Shown here: in pieces, positions 18,180 through 20,000 of the stretch
Position numbering within the stretch: position 1 is the stretch's first letter
Layout: the number at the start of each line of letters is the position of its first letter
NCBI RefSeq assembly: GCF_004010195.1
Contig: NC_057718.1
Span: forward strand, 7,670,823-7,690,822
Source of the DNA: Chiloscyllium plagiosum
Taxonomy: Eukaryota
Direction of reading: 5' to 3'
Length of the DNA stretch: 20,000 bases
Notes under the pieces: generated by a model
Told to the model about the DNA's origin: nothing
Databases searched by the model: none
Seen by the model: the letters and a program-made list of their open reading frames with translations, nothing else
Made by a program: the position numbers and the translations under genes

Positions 18180-20000
18180 TTAAACTGCATTTATTTCAAT
18201 GCAAGAGGCCGAACAGGGAAGGCAGATGAACTCAGGGCATAGTTAGGAACATGGGACTAGGGTATCATAGTAATTACAGAAACATGGCTCAGGGATGGGC
18301 AGGACTGGCAAGCTTAATGTTCCAGGATACAAATGCTACAGGAAGGACAGAAAGGGAAGCAAGAGAGGAGGGGCAGTGGCATTTTTGATAGGGGATAGCA
18401 TTACAGCTGTACTTAGTAGTATATTCCTGGGAATATATCCAGGGAAGTTATTTGGGTGGAACTGAAAAATAAGAAAGACATGATCACCTTACTGGGATTG
18501 TATTGTAGGCAGGACTGCAGATGCTGGAGTTTAGAGTTGAGAGTGTGGTGCTGGAAAAGCACAGCAGGTCAGGCAGCATCCGAGGAGTAGGAAAATCGAC
18601 GTTTTGGGCAAAAGCCCTTTGTCTGGAATTGTATTATAGTCAGCAGGAAATTGAGAAACAAATTTGGAAGGAGATTTTACTTACCTGTAAGAATAGTAGG
18701 GTGGTTATGGTAGGGGATTTTAACTTTCCAAACATAGACGAGGACTGCCATAGTGTTAAAGGTTTAGATGGAGAAAATGTATTAAGTATGTACAAGAAAA
18801 TTTTCTGATTCAATATATGGATGTAAATACTAGAGAAGATGCAAAACTTGACCTACTCTTGGGAAATAAGGCAGGGCAGGTGACTGAGGTGTCAGTGGGG
18901 GAGCACTTTGGGGCCAGCGACCGTAATTCTATTAGTTTTAAAATAGTGATGGAACAGGATAGACCAGATCTAAAATTTGAAGTTCTAAATTGGTGAAAGG
19001 CCAATCTTGATGCTATTAGGCAAGATCTTTCAAAAGCTGATTGGAGGCAGATGTTCGCAGGTAAAGGGGCGACTGGAAAATGAGAAACCTTCAAAAATGA
19101 GATAATGAGTGTCCAGAGAAAGTATATTCCTGCTAGGGTGAAAGGGAAGGCTGGTAGGTATAGGGAATGCTGGATGACTAGAGAAATTGAAGTTATGGTT
19201 AAGAAAAAGAAGGAAACATATGTCAGATATAGACAGGAGAAGTCAAGTGAATGCTTAGAAGAGTATAAAGGCACTAGGAGTGTACTAAAGAGAGAAATCA
19301 GGAGGGCAAAAAGGGAACATGAGATAGCTTTGGCAAATAGGATTAAGGAGAATCCAAAGGAATTTTATAAATACATTAAGGGCAAAAGGGTAACTAGGGA
19401 TTGAATAGGGCTCCTCAACAATCAACGAGGCAGCTTATATTTGGAGCATCAGGAGATGGGGGAGATTCTAAACGAGCATTTTGCATCAGTATTTACTGTG
19501 GAAAAGGACAAGGAAGATATAGAATGTGGGGAAATAGATGGTGACATCTTGAAAATTTTCAGATTATAGATGAGGAAGTACTGGATGTCTTGAAACGGTT
19601 AAAGGTGGATTAATCCCCAGGACCTGATCAGGTGTACCCTAGAACTTTGTGGGAAGCTAGGGAAGTGATTGCTGGGCCTCTTGCTGAGATATTTGTATCA
19701 TCGATAGTCACAGGTGAGGTGCCGGAAGACTGGAGGTTGGCTAACGTGGTGTTACTGTTTTAGAAAGGTGGTATGGACAAGCCAGGGAACCATAGACCAG
19801 TGAGGCTGACATCAGTGGTGGGCAAGTTGTTGGAGGAAATGCTGAGGAAAGGATGTACATGTATTTGGAAAGGCAAGGACTGATTAGGGATAGTCAACAT
19901 GGCTTTGTGCATGGGAAATCATGTCTCACAAACTTGATTGAGTTTTTTGAAGAAGTAACAAAGAGGATTGATGAGGGCAGAGCAGTAGATGTGATCTATA
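18180..20000 (+). pseudogene. CR1 ORF2 pseudogene: APE endonuclease and N-terminal reverse transcriptase
   Basis: Motifs YFNARG, ITETW, MVGDFNFPNID, LDLLL, ASD(R), SPGPDQVYPR, PEDWRLANV, RPVRLTSVVGKLLE and QHGFVHGKSCLTNLIEFFEEVTKRIDEGRAVDVIY; several stops, frameshifts and one insertion. Confidence 0.94.
18509..18622 (-). mobile_element. Short hammerhead-bearing element inserted in CR1 ORF2
   Basis: Minus strand reads GGGC-UUUU-GCCC-AAAA-CGUC (18617->18598); 17-bp duplication CTGGGATTGTATTGTAG (18492-18508) / CTGGAATTGTATTATAG (18623-18639). Confidence 0.85.

Larger units (their letters stand above)
16530..20000 (+). mobile_element. CR1 LINE, 5'-complete or nearly so, decayed; runs off the window end
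   Basis: About 0.6 kb putative 5' UTR (left boundary approximate), then ORF1 and ORF2 remnants. Confidence 0.93.

Noticed and set aside
17116..20000. Active or domesticated CR1 proteins
   Set aside because: Both ORFs have several in-frame stops and frameshifts, ORF2 has an insertion, and catalytic motifs are altered (GDS>GVS, SDH>SDR).
1..20000. CRISPR array or other prokaryotic or viral system
   Set aside because: No regularly spaced repeat-spacer array and no operon-like gene density; the content is vertebrate interspersed repeats.

Overview
This is repeat-dense vertebrate genomic DNA with no recognisable host gene. The HE1-type V-SINEs, HER1-like CR1 LINEs, L2 tails and DeuSINE-like remnants suggest a cartilaginous fish (shark or ray); that assignment is inferred from repeat content only. 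The last ~3.5 kb is the 5' part of a decayed CR1 LINE: 5' UTR, ORF1 with a zinc finger and SGNH esterase, and ORF2 with an APE endonuclease and the start of the RT. The most interesting signal is a dispersed ~100-140 bp non-coding element at 7-8 loci. On its sense strand it begins with a minimal hammerhead-ribozyme-like core (CUGAYGA-A-[stem II]-GAAA-CGUY) of the kind known from Penelope-like elements and retrozymes. Several copies sit between 15-17 bp target duplications. Two form head-to-head fold-back dimers, each next to a CR1 3' fragment at the same breakpoint inside a SINE. Every copy here has at least one core or stem lesion, so ribozyme activity is not claimed. Family names come from recall of consensus sequences, not from a database search.
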